A stretch of 64,000 bases of DNA, taken from assembly GCA_963756945.1 (NCBI GenBank), contig CAVWQJ010000005.1, forward strand, positions 218,123 to 282,122. Direction: 5' to 3'. Numbering within the stretch: position 1 is the first letter of the stretch; each line of letters starts with the position of its first letter. The position numbers were made by a program, and so were the translations under genes. The notes beneath the pieces were generated by a model. That model worked only from the letters and a program-made list of their open reading frames with translations. It was not told the origin of the DNA and made no database searches. Shown one piece after another: positions 20,658 through 31,405 of the stretch. This DNA is from an uncultured Chitinophagaceae bacterium (GTDB taxonomy: Bacteria; Bacteroidota; Bacteroidia; Chitinophagales; Chitinophagaceae).

Positions 20658-22893
20658 ATGGAAATAACATTTGAAACTGCCGAAAAGCTGGGTCTCACAA
20701 AAGATGAGTTCGATAAGATTGTTCAAATTCTCGGACGAACGCCCAATTTTACAGAACTCAGTGCCTATTCAGTGATGTGGAGTGAACACTGCAGTTATAA
20801 GAATTCAATAAAATGGCTGAAAACTTTGCCCCGCGAAGGTTCTAAACTTCTGGTGAAGGCAGGTGAGGAAAATGCGGGACTCATGGATATCGGCGATGGC
20901 TGGGGAGTAGTGTTTAAAATTGAAAGCCATAACCATCCATCTGCGATTGAGCCTTTTCAAGGTGCGGCAACGGGTGTAGGTGGAATACACAGAGATATAT
21001 TCACAATGGGGGCCCGTCCAATTGCCTCTTTAAACTCCCTGAGATTTGGGAAACTTGAGCATGAAAAAACGAAACACTTGTTAAGTGGAATTGTTCACGG
21101 AATAGGCCATTATGGTAATTGCTTCGGTGTGCCGACTGTTGGAGGCGAGGTATATTTTGAAGATTGCTATCATACTAATCCATTGGTAAACGCCATGAGT
21201 GCCGGAGTCGTTCGTTTAGGGCATACCGTTAGTGCCACCGCCGTCGGGGAAGGAAATCCGGTTTTTATTGCCGGCAGTGCAACTGGTAAGGATGGAATGG
21301 GGGGTGCTGCATTTGCTTCTGCAGATATAACTGAAAATAGCATGGAAGACCTCCCGGCTGTACAGGTGGGAGATCCTTTCCAGGAAAAAAAACTGTTGGA
21401 GGCTTGTCTTGAAGTAATTGCAACCGGTGCTGTTGTGGGTATGCAGGATATGGGTGCGGCAGGCATTATCTGCTCAACTGCAGAAACCAGTGCTAAGGGT
21501 GGCGTAGGAATGAATATTCATCTTGAAAAAGTTCCCACCCGTCAAAAAAAATCTGCAGGTGGTGCAACAGGCATGAAAGCCATGGGAACTATTGCTAAGT
21601 GAAAGCCAGGAGAGGATGCTGTTGACAGTTCAAAAAGGAAGAGAAAAAGAAGTAATTGATATATTTGAGAAATGGGACTTGCCTTGCTCGCAGATTGGTG
21701 AAGTTACTTCGGGCAAAATGCTTCGTTTTTACATGAATGATTTGCTGGAAGCAGAAATACCTGCAGAAAGCCTCGTACTTGGCGGCGGGGCGCCTGTATA
21801 TGACAGGCCGTATAAAAAACCAGCCTATTTAGAAAAAAATAATGCATTTGATATAAATAGTATTCCGGTTCAGGGAGATCTAAAAACAATAGCGGAGAAA
21901 ATAATTACGCTTCCTAACATAGCTTCAAAAAAATGGATTTTTAATCAATACGACAGCATGGTTGGTGCGGCCAACTTAAATACGAATGCTCCGTCTGATG
22001 CAGCGGTTGTTGCTATCAAAGAAACTTCAAAAGCTTTAGCCCTAACTACAGATTGCAACAGCCGGTATGCATTTGCCAATCCATATGTTGGTTGTATGAT
22101 TGCAGTAAGCGAAGCGGCCAGGAATATAGTTTGTAGCGGCGGTTCACCGTTAGGTGTTACTAATTGTCTCAACTATGGTAATCCATACGATCCTGAAGTC
22201 TACTACCAGTTTGTAGAAAGTATAAAAGGAATGACAGAAGCCTGTAATACATTTAATACGCCTGTTACAGGAGGAAATGTGAGTTTTTATAATCAATCTC
22301 CCTCTGGTTCAGTATATCCAACTCCTACAATTGGTATGGTTGGGCTGTTAGAAGATTCCAATAATAAAATGACACTCGATTTTAAAAATGATGGTGATAT
22401 AATTTATCTATTGGGCCACATAAAAAATGATATTAATTGCTCTGAATACTTGAATAAAATATGTGGAATTGAATTTTCACCTGCTCCTTATTTTAATCTC
22501 GATGAAGAAGTTCGTTTACACGACGCAGTTAGTGACATGATTTCTGGAAAATTAATTGAATCTGCTCATGATATAAGCGAAGGCGGGCTTTTTGTAACTC
22601 TTGCTGAGTGTGGCTTTAACAGGCTGTTGGGCTTTAACGTTTCACAAAATAATGACATTATTCGCAAAGATGCTTTCTGGTTTGGGGAAGCCCAGGGTAG
22701 AGTAGTTGTTACTGTAAAACCTGGTAATATAGATAATTTTGAAAGCGCTTTGAATATTCCATTCCAAAAATTGGGAACGGTAACTTCACAGGAAATAATT
22801 ATTGACGGAAATAGTTGGAGGAGCATTAAAGAATGGAGCGAAAAATATGACAATGCTATCGGGAATAATTTTAAAAGCTATATGCCTGAATAA
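20658..22893 (+). CDS. purL: Phosphoribosylformylglycinamidine synthase subunit PurL; frameshift near 21580
   Basis: [18 protein letters not shown] in ORF1; [26 protein letters not shown] in ORF2; removing one base restores MK(A/P)[13 protein letters not shown]. Confidence 0.93.
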
Positions 22894-23939
22894 TGGATAA
22901 AGAGTTAAATATTGTTGTGACGGGCGCTGCAGGCTTTATAGGAAGTTGCCTTGTTTCATTTCTAAACACAAAAGGATACAATCGACTTATTTTGGTAGAT
23001 GATTTCTCTCAAAAAGAAAAAGACCCCAATCTTGATGGAAAAAAATTTTCGAAAAAAATTGAAAGGGAGTTATTTTTTGAATGGCTGCAAAATGAAAAGC
23101 CAAAAATAGATTTTGTATACCATATTGGGGCACGCACTGATACGGCAGAATTTGATTATTCCGTTCATGAACATCTGAATGTAGAATATTCAAAAAAAAT
23201 ATGGATGTATTGCAGTGAAAATAAAATCCCATTGGTATATGCATCTTCGGCTGCTACTTACGGCGCTGGCGAATTGGGTTACAAAGATGACGAGAAAGTA
23301 ACTGAAAAATTAAAGCCATTAAATCCTTATGGCATATCTAAAAATGAATTTGATAAATGGGCCCTTCGTCAAGCTCAGGATGACAAACTTCAACAAGCTC
23401 GGGAGGACAGCTCAATTGAATTAAAATCGCCGCCCGTATGGGCCGGATTAAAGTTTTTTAATGTATACGGCCCTAATGAATATCATAAAGGAAGAATGGC
23501 CAGCGTAATTTTTCATTCGTATAATCAAATACTCAATAATGGTTTTGTAAGATTATTCAAATCGCATAAACCTGGGTATAAGGATGGAGAGCAATTAAGA
23601 GATTTTATTTATGTAAAAGATGTTCTTAAAATTTGCTTCTGGTTTTTGGATTGCTGGCAAAAGGCTGATGAGTCATTTATTACCGGAATTTATAATGTTG
23701 GCACGGGTAGTGCGAGAAGTTTTAATGATTTAGTAAAAGCAACTTTTTCCGGCATGGATCTCAAACCTGAAATACAATACATTGATATGCCGGAGGATAT
23801 CAGAAATACTTATCAGTATTATACCCAGGCCGAAATGCAAAAAATAAAAGATGCAGGATATAATGAAATGTTTTTTTCGTTGGAAGACGGGATAGATGAT
23901 TATGTAAGGGGTTATCTTTTAAAGAATAGATATTATTAA
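22893..23939 (+). CDS. rfaD: ADP-L-glycero-D-manno-heptose 6-epimerase
   Basis: TGAAGFIGS, YASSAATYG, YGISK, FFNVYGPNEYHKGRMASV, YQYYTQA. Confidence 0.92.
   Translation: MDKELNIVVTGAAGFIGSCLVSFLNTKGYNRLILVDDFSQKEKDPNLDGKKFSKKIERELFFEWLQNEKPKIDFVYHIGARTDTAEFDYSVHEHLNVEYSKKIWMYCSENKIPLVYASSAATYGAGELGYKDDEKVTEKLKPLNPYGISKNEFDKWALRQAQDDKLQQAREDSSIELKSPPVWAGLKFFNVYGPNEYHKGRMASVIFHSYNQILNNGFVRLFKSHKPGYKDGEQLRDFIYVKDVLKICFWFLDCWQKADESFITGIYNVGTGSARSFNDLVKATFSGMDLKPEIQYIDMPEDIRNTYQYYTQAEMQKIKDAGYNEMFFSLEDGIDDYVRGYLLKNRYY
23362..23409 (+). repeat. Two tandem 24-nt REP-like units inside rfaD, in frame
   Basis: CCCTTCGTCAAGCTCAGGATGACA / AACTTCAACAAGCTCGGGAGGACA, 18/24 identical, encoding LRQAQDDK-LQQAREDS. 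Confidence 0.6.
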
Positions 23940-24157
23940 TAAATTTTTTGATGGTGGTTATGAAAGATATGCATTAGATAATCATATCCATATCTTTTCC
24001 ACAATAACATAATCTTTACCCTTTCCACTCAAAATTTTCTGTATGTTTGCATGACCTCACGGATTTTTTTTATTCTCACTTTTCCGCTGGTCAGTTTTTA
24101 AGTCGTTCAAACAGCATATATTTTTCAAGTTGCTTTGAATGGCATTTTATTTTTTAA

Positions 24158-25825
<1,668 letters not shown>

Positions 25826-26016
25826 TAAAATGTAACATCTGCATCTGCGTTTAACAATGCAACATCTGCAGGATTAACTATCATTGCTTTTCAAATATTT
25901 TGATTGACAGGTTAGGTAAGTTAAAAAAGTGATAAGTCTCATTCTTATTTATAAGTTGATTAAATCTCTTGTATTTATTTACTGAAATAATATTAACAGT
26001 TTGCTTTGCATTGTGC

Positions 26017-26058
26017 TTAAACCCTTTCCGGCTAAACAGTGTCTATAATGTATATTTG
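26017..26058 (+). promoter_or_regulatory. Putative ECF promoter TTAAACC-N17-GTCTATA followed by housekeeping -7 box TATATTTG
   Basis: Same two boxes recur upstream of the Spy/CpxP-like gene (40795-40824, minus strand). Confidence 0.6.
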
Positions 26059-26091
26059 CAACCTTTAAAAAAGTCTTTTAATTCACGAATA

Positions 26092-26754
26092 ATGATTAAA
26101 AAATTACTGTCTCTTATATTCATGTTTGCTGGTCTTACTTCATTCGCGCAAAGCAATTCTCTTGGTAAAAGCGACCCTGATGCAAAAAAAATACTGGATA
26201 ATGTAAGTGCCAAATTTCAAACTTATAAAACGGTTGAAGCCCATTTCACTCTTAAAATTGAAAATTCTGCGGGAAAAACTCTCGGCACAAAATCAGGGGT
26301 TGTTAGTATGAAAAATTCCAAATATCGAATAAGTGTTTCAGGCCAGGAAATATACAGCGATGGAACTAATATATGGACATACGATAAATCTGCGAATGAA
26401 GTTCAGATAACCAAATTTGACGCTTCAACCAGCACCATCACTCCTCAAAAAATGTTTACTAATTTTTATGATAAGGATTTCTTGTATAAACTGAATGGCG
26501 AATCAAAGCAAGGAAATAAAACTCTCCAGGAAATTGAATTAACCCCTGTTGACAAGACAAAGGCTTTTTTTAAAGTGCTTGTGGAAGTTGATAAAAGAAC
26601 GAAATCCATTGTGAGCACAAAAGTTTTTCAAAAGACGGGCGATAGATATATCTATACAATTACTAACATGAAAACGAATACTAATTTGCCTGATGGATTG
26701 TTTGCATTTAACCCTGCTGATTACCCCAAGGTAGAAGTTATAGATCTTAGATAA
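26092..26754 (+). CDS. lolA: Outer-membrane lipoprotein carrier LolA family (start moved to 26092)
   Basis: Signal peptide MIKKLL, YSDGTNIWTY...NEVQI, C-terminal EVIDLR typical of Bacteroidota LolA-like proteins. Confidence 0.8.
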   Translation: MIKKLLSLIFMFAGLTSFAQSNSLGKSDPDAKKILDNVSAKFQTYKTVEAHFTLKIENSAGKTLGTKSGVVSMKNSKYRISVSGQEIYSDGTNIWTYDKSANEVQITKFDASTSTITPQKMFTNFYDKDFLYKLNGESKQGNKTLQEIELTPVDKTKAFFKVLVEVDKRTKSIVSTKVFQKTGDRYIYTITNMKTNTNLPDGLFAFNPADYPKVEVIDLR

Positions 26755-26777
26755 AGTTCTCTCGAAACTGCTCTGAA

Positions 26778-26806
26778 AAAAAGCGCCTCTTAATGGGGCG
26801 CTTTTT
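26778..26806. terminator. Bidirectional terminator between lolA and ubiX
   Basis: AAAAAGCGCCTC-ttaat-GGGGCGCTTTTT. Confidence 0.8.
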
Positions 26807-27362
26807 ACTTTCCCCAACGGTAGGTGTCGATCTTTATTCCAGCCAGGTCCAGCACCCGATCCACGACCGTAGAGGCAACTTCGTCAATGGTTTTTGGTTT
26901 GCTATAAAATGACGGTGTAGCAGGACAGATAATACCTCCGGCAAGTGTAACTGCTTCCATATTGCGCAGATGGATAAGATTGTAAGGAGTGTCCCTCACA
27001 ACACAAATAAGTTTTCGCCTTTCCTTTAATACAACATCGGCAGCCCTGGATATCAAATCGCTGGAAATACCGCCAGCAATTCTTCCAAGTGTACCCATAC
27101 TACATGGAATAATTACCATAATATCGTAGTCTCCTGAGCCGGATGCGAATGGAGCCATAAAATCAATCTTTGAATAATACCTGGCTTCATATGAATCATA
27201 GCTATTATTTTCCAATTCGGTTTGCCAAACTAATTTGGCATTATCTGTGATTATTATGGCAAGCGATTCCCATTGTTCTTTGACAAGCTGCAACTTATTG
27301 AGCAGAATTTTTGGATATATTGAGCCGCTGGCCCCGGTTATTGCTATAACTATTTTATGCAT
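26805..27362 (-). CDS. ubiX: Flavin prenyltransferase UbiX
   Basis: ITGASG, APFASGS, PCSMGTL, RAADVVLKERR, PSFYSKP. Confidence 0.92.
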   Translation of the reverse strand: MHKIVIAITGASGSIYPKILLNKLQLVKEQWESLAIIITDNAKLVWQTELENNSYDSYEARYYSKIDFMAPFASGSGDYDIMVIIPCSMGTLGRIAGGISSDLISRAADVVLKERRKLICVVRDTPYNLIHLRNMEAVTLAGGIICPATPSFYSKPKTIDEVASTVVDRVLDLAGIKIDTYRWGK

Positions 27363-27445
27363 TGATGAAAAAATTACACAGTGGTGAAAAATCGAAATCT
27401 TATTAGCAAATATTTAAAATAATTTTTTAATAGAAATCCAATAAA

Positions 27446-28003
27446 ATGAGATTAATGTACGTTTACTGTTTAATGGTAAAGAGTGCCAAATTTATTTTAC
27501 TAGGTTTATTTGTTGTTTTGTGCTCCTTCAAAGTTACATTAACCGCCCATGATAAATTAACCTGGATGAATATGAGTGAATTAAAGCAAAAAATGAAATC
27601 TGATCCTAAACCTGCCTTAATTGATTTATATACTAACTGGTGTTATTGGTGTAAAGTAATGGATAAAAAGACATATAATAACCCGAAAGTGATTGCTTAT
27701 ATAAATGATCACTTTTATGCCGTAAAATTAAATGCGGAAACTAAAGATACCATACATTGGAAAAATAGCTCTTACAATTATAATGAAACTTATAAGGTCA
27801 ATGATTTTACTATGTACGTAACATCAGGTCAACCGGGATTTCCAACAACAGTGATATTAACGGATGATCACAGCGATCCTATTTCGATACAAGGATTTAT
27901 GGAACCAAAGGAAATTGAACCTATTTTGAAATATTTTGGAGATGGGGCGTACAAAACGGAAAGTTTTGAGGTTTTTAAGACAACTTTTAAAGCATCATGG
28001 TAA
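27446..28003 (+). CDS. Secreted thioredoxin-like protein (DUF255/SoxW-like); start may be 27473
   Basis: Signal peptide, YTNWCYWCKVMD CxxC, VKLNAE, cis-Pro GFPT. Confidence 0.8.
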   Translation: MRLMYVYCLMVKSAKFILLGLFVVLCSFKVTLTAHDKLTWMNMSELKQKMKSDPKPALIDLYTNWCYWCKVMDKKTYNNPKVIAYINDHFYAVKLNAETKDTIHWKNSSYNYNETYKVNDFTMYVTSGQPGFPTTVILTDDHSDPISIQGFMEPKEIEPILKYFGDGAYKTESFEVFKTTFKASW

Positions 28004-28106
28004 AGCCCATGTAAAAATATTAAGAAGCTGCAATAGCGGTTTCAAACTCGGTTTTTCATAGGATATTGGATTATAACAGGGGTGGATTTCCATCCGGCCC
28101 CTTTTT
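27996..28106 (+). ncRNA. Candidate structured sRNA, copy 1 (overlaps the thioredoxin stop)
   Basis: Three hairpins, 34-nt invariant core and U-tailed terminator; covaries with copy 2. Confidence 0.65.
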
Positions 28107-28129
28107 ACTTTTATTTAGAAGTAGATTCA

Positions 28130-28161
28130 ATGCAACGTCTTGTGAAAAAATATCGACTTAG
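28130..28161 (+). promoter_or_regulatory. Putative ECF-type promoter ATGCAACG-N17-GACTTAG for sRNA copy 2
   Basis: -35 octamer identical to 3965 and 5914, same spacing; -10 is GAC rather than GTC. Confidence 0.4.
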
Positions 28162-28173
28162 ATTTTAAACCCA

Positions 28174-28286
28174 TATGGTGAGAATCATATCAAAATATTA
28201 AGAAACTGCAATAGCAGTTTCAAACTCGGTTTTTCATAGGATATTGGATTATAACAGGGGTGGATTTTTATCCGGCCCCTTTTTTT
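28174..28286 (+). ncRNA. Candidate structured sRNA, copy 2
   Basis: Ungapped paralog of 27996-28106 at offset 178; GNRA-capped 5' hairpin, perfect middle hairpin, terminator. Confidence 0.7.
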
Positions 28287-28421
28287 GTTAATTAAATCTC
28301 AATAAAATTTTATATACAACCTCTCAGCAAAAAATCAAGACTATAATATTAGATTCTCAGTGTTAAGATTTAATGGTTAAGATTTTTGATAATCCCGGGC
28401 TTCTTTTTAGTTGCCCGGTTT

Positions 28422-29702
28422 TTACATATCTCCTTTTTGTCCAAATCCTACCAGATCTGCCATATCCGGTATCTCATCGGCTTTATAGGCGCCTGCATCC
28501 AATTTCTTTTTAGTCTCTTCAAATGCACGAAGGGTAATCTCAGTGTCTTCATCAGTATGTGCGGCAGTAGGTATCAGGCGATAAATAATCTGGCCTTTTG
28601 GAATAACCGGAAAAACTACAACCGAACAAAAAATATTGTAGTTCTCCCTCATATCCATTACCATGTTGGTTGCTTCAGGTAAATCTCCTTTCATGTATAC
28701 AGGGGTTACAGGACTATTGGTTGAACCAATATCAAATCCTTTTTCTCTAAGACCACTCTGTAGTTTATTTACATTATGCCATAATTTTTCACGAAGTTCA
28801 GGCATGGTTTTCAGCATGTCCATTCTTTTCAGCATTCCCTCAACTACTATAAGAGGTAAACTTTTCGCAAAAATCTGAGAACGCACATTGTACCGCAAGT
28901 ATGTCATTATACTTTTTGGCCCGCTGATAAAAGCTCCTATGCTGCCCATACTTTTTACGAACGTGCTAAAATATAAATCAACACCATATTGGCATCCTTG
29001 TTCTTCATCGGCTCCAGCGCCGGTTGGACCCATTGAACCAAAGCCGTGTGCATCATCGATCAATAAACGAAAATTATATTTTTCTTTTAAAACGACAATC
29101 TCTTTTATTTTCCCCTGGTTTCCGCTCATTCCAAAAACGCCTTCAGTAATTAATAGAATACCACCTCCATTTTTATCTGCCATCTTCACAGCTCTTTGTA
29201 ACTGCTTTTCACAATCTTCAATATCGTTGTGCTTATATTTATAACTAAACCCAATGTGTAGACGCACTCCGTCAACAATAGATGCATGTGCTTCGCCATC
29301 ATATACGATCACATCATGCCGGTTTACCAATGCGTCAATACAGCTCATGATACCCTGGTATCCAAAATTCAGCAGCATGGCATCTTCGCGACTTACAAAT
29401 GCGGCAATAATTTTTTCAAGCTCTTCATGCATCGCGGTATTTCCACTCATCATGCGGGCTCCCATAGGGTTTCCCATTCCCCAATGCGCAGCGGCTTCTG
29501 TATCTATTTTCCTCGTTTCAGGATGGTTCACCAATCCTAAATAATTATTAAGGCTCCAAACAATTTTTTCTTTTCCTCTGAAGGACATTCTGCTTCCAAG
29601 TTCTCCTTCCAACTTTGGAAACGCAAAATAGCCATGAGCTCTCTCAACATGTTTCCCAATCGGTCCTCCATCTTTTATCATCTTTTCGAATACATCTACC
29701 AT
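28422..29702 (-). CDS. PLP-dependent alpha-oxoamine synthase, likely cysteate acyl-ACP transferase (SulA/CapB-like; start moved to MVDVF)
   Basis: GPIG..AHGYFAFPKLEG, WSLNNYLGL, MGARMMSG, DDAHG, STFVKS; resembles Bacteroidota SulA as I recall it. Confidence 0.7.
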   Translation of the reverse strand: MVDVFEKMIKDGGPIGKHVERAHGYFAFPKLEGELGSRMSFRGKEKIVWSLNNYLGLVNHPETRKIDTEAAAHWGMGNPMGARMMSGNTAMHEELEKIIAAFVSREDAMLLNFGYQGIMSCIDALVNRHDVIVYDGEAHASIVDGVRLHIGFSYKYKHNDIEDCEKQLQRAVKMADKNGGGILLITEGVFGMSGNQGKIKEIVVLKEKYNFRLLIDDAHGFGSMGPTGAGADEEQGCQYGVDLYFSTFVKSMGSIGAFISGPKSIMTYLRYNVRSQIFAKSLPLIVVEGMLKRMDMLKTMPELREKLWHNVNKLQSGLREKGFDIGSTNSPVTPVYMKGDLPEATNMVMDMRENYNIFCSVVVFPVIPKGQIIYRLIPTAAHTDEDTEITLRAFEETKKKLDAGAYKADEIPDMADLVGFGQKGDM

Positions 29703-29868
29703 ATAATTATTATTATTTCGTTGTGAATGTTGGCAAAAATACAGCAATAACAATTAGGAAATTTCACAGTAAAATATTACCCGGGATAAGATGGCAAATC
29801 AATTTGAAATGGCCGGTTACAGCATAAAAGAAGTAATAAAGAAATATTAAAATAGAATTTTTTCCCTT

Positions 29869-31239
29869 TTAATTGTTACCCTCCGCGAAGTATTTATGAA
29901 AATATGGAATGGTCTCTATGCCCTTGTAAAAATTTTCAATTCCGTATTTTTCATTTGGTGAATGAAGATTGTCACTATCAAGTCCAAAGCCCATAAAAAT
30001 AATTTTTATTCCAAGTTCTTTTTCAAGTATAGAACAAATAGGTATACTTCCACCGCCGCGAACAGGTATTGGTGATTTGCCAAATGTTTTTTCAACTGCT
30101 TTCGATGCTGCCTTATACCCTCTGCTATCTATCGGTGTCATATAAGGCTCGCCTCCATGATGTTCAAATGCATTCACCGTTACTGATGGAGGTGCAATGC
30201 TTGTAAAATAATCTATTAACAACTTTGTCATTTTTGCTGATGACTGATTGGGAACTAACCTTGCAGAAATTTTAGCTGTGGCTTTTGAAGGTAAAACTGT
30301 TTTTGCTCCTTCGCCCATGTAACCGCCCCAGATTCCGTTTATTTCAAGTGTGGGACGAATACCGGTTCGTTCATTTGTAGTATATCCTTTTTCGCCCCAT
30401 AACTCTTTCACCCCTACTTCTTTTTTGTACTCTTCTTCATCATAAGGAGCTTTCTTCATTAAGTCTCTTTCCTCCGGGGCAACTTCAAGTACATCGTCAT
30501 AAAATCCAGGGATCGTAATATGATTATTTTCATCATGGCACGACGCGATCATTTTGGAAAGTATAGTAATTGGATTAGCAACTGCCCCGCCATACGTACC
30601 GCTATGTAAGTCTCTATCGGCGCCGGTTATCTCAACTTCAATATATGATAAGCCACGCACGCCGATATCCAGTGATGGGTTTTCCATACTTAGCATTGAA
30701 CTGTCGCTTATTAAAATAACATCCGCTTTCAAAAGGCCTTTATTTTTTTCAACGAATTTGCCCAAATTGGGCGAACCAACTTCTTCTTCACCCTCAATCA
30801 AAAATTTAATATTAGTACTCATGGTATTTGTCTCCACCATGGTCTCCAAAGCTTTCACATGCATAAAAAACTGGCCCTTATCGTCTGCAGAACCTCGTGC
30901 GTAAACTTTTCCATCTTTTATTACCGGTTCAAAAGGCCCGCTGTGCCATAGTTCCAGCGGTTCGGCAGGTTGTACATCGTAATGGCCATATACAAGAATG
31001 GTCGGTTTATTTGCCTCAATTATTTTTTCTCCATATACAACGGGATGCCCATCGGTTGACATTATCTCGGCTCTATCAGCTCCGGAATCAAGTAAGCTTT
31101 GCCTGACAGCCTGGGCGCAGGCAAGCATATCTTTTTTGTGTTCGGTTTTTGCGCTTACGGAAGGTATTCGCAATAATTCCATCATCTCATTTAGAAATCT
31201 TTCCTTATTTTTTTGCTGATAATCTTTCCAGGAGTCCAT
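29869..31239 (-). CDS. M20 family dipeptidase
   Basis: YGHYDVQP, RGSADDKGQ, EGEEEVGS, HSPNE. Confidence 0.9.
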   Translation of the reverse strand: MDSWKDYQQKNKERFLNEMMELLRIPSVSAKTEHKKDMLACAQAVRQSLLDSGADRAEIMSTDGHPVVYGEKIIEANKPTILVYGHYDVQPAEPLELWHSGPFEPVIKDGKVYARGSADDKGQFFMHVKALETMVETNTMSTNIKFLIEGEEEVGSPNLGKFVEKNKGLLKADVILISDSSMLSMENPSLDIGVRGLSYIEVEITGADRDLHSGTYGGAVANPITILSKMIASCHDENNHITIPGFYDDVLEVAPEERDLMKKAPYDEEEYKKEVGVKELWGEKGYTTNERTGIRPTLEINGIWGGYMGEGAKTVLPSKATAKISARLVPNQSSAKMTKLLIDYFTSIAPPSVTVNAFEHHGGEPYMTPIDSRGYKAASKAVEKTFGKSPIPVRGGGSIPICSILEKELGIKIIFMGFGLDSDNLHSPNEKYGIENFYKGIETIPYFHKYFAEGNN

Positions 31240-31370
31240 GTCTATTGTTTAGTTTTTTATTGAATTAAAACGAATATATAACATTTGAAGAACACAAATA
31301 ATCTATGTTTTGTGGCGAGAAAAATAACCAGAGGAAAATTAACAGACGTATTTAAAATAATCTATTTTTT

Positions 31371-31403
31371 TTTGGATTACATAATTCTTAATATATACAT
31401 TTG
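31371..31403 (+). promoter_or_regulatory. Consensus Bacteroidota housekeeping promoter with no downstream + strand ORF
   Basis: TTTG (31371-4), 21-nt spacer, TACATTTG (31396-403). Confidence 0.65.
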
Positions 31404-31405
31404 CA

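Noticed and set aside
27942-28240. Small peptides encoded by the tandem repeat (+ strand ..KILR(S/N)CNS(G/S)FKLGFS*; - strand MKNRV*)
   Set aside because: Copy 2 has no in-frame ATG/GTG/TTG after an upstream stop. Substitutions are non-synonymous but preserve pairing, which favours RNA structure. The 5-aa minus ORF cannot be supported.
27996-28286. CRISPR array or type III TA antitoxin repeats
   Set aside because: Only two long units, each with its own terminator; no cas or toxin gene adjacent.
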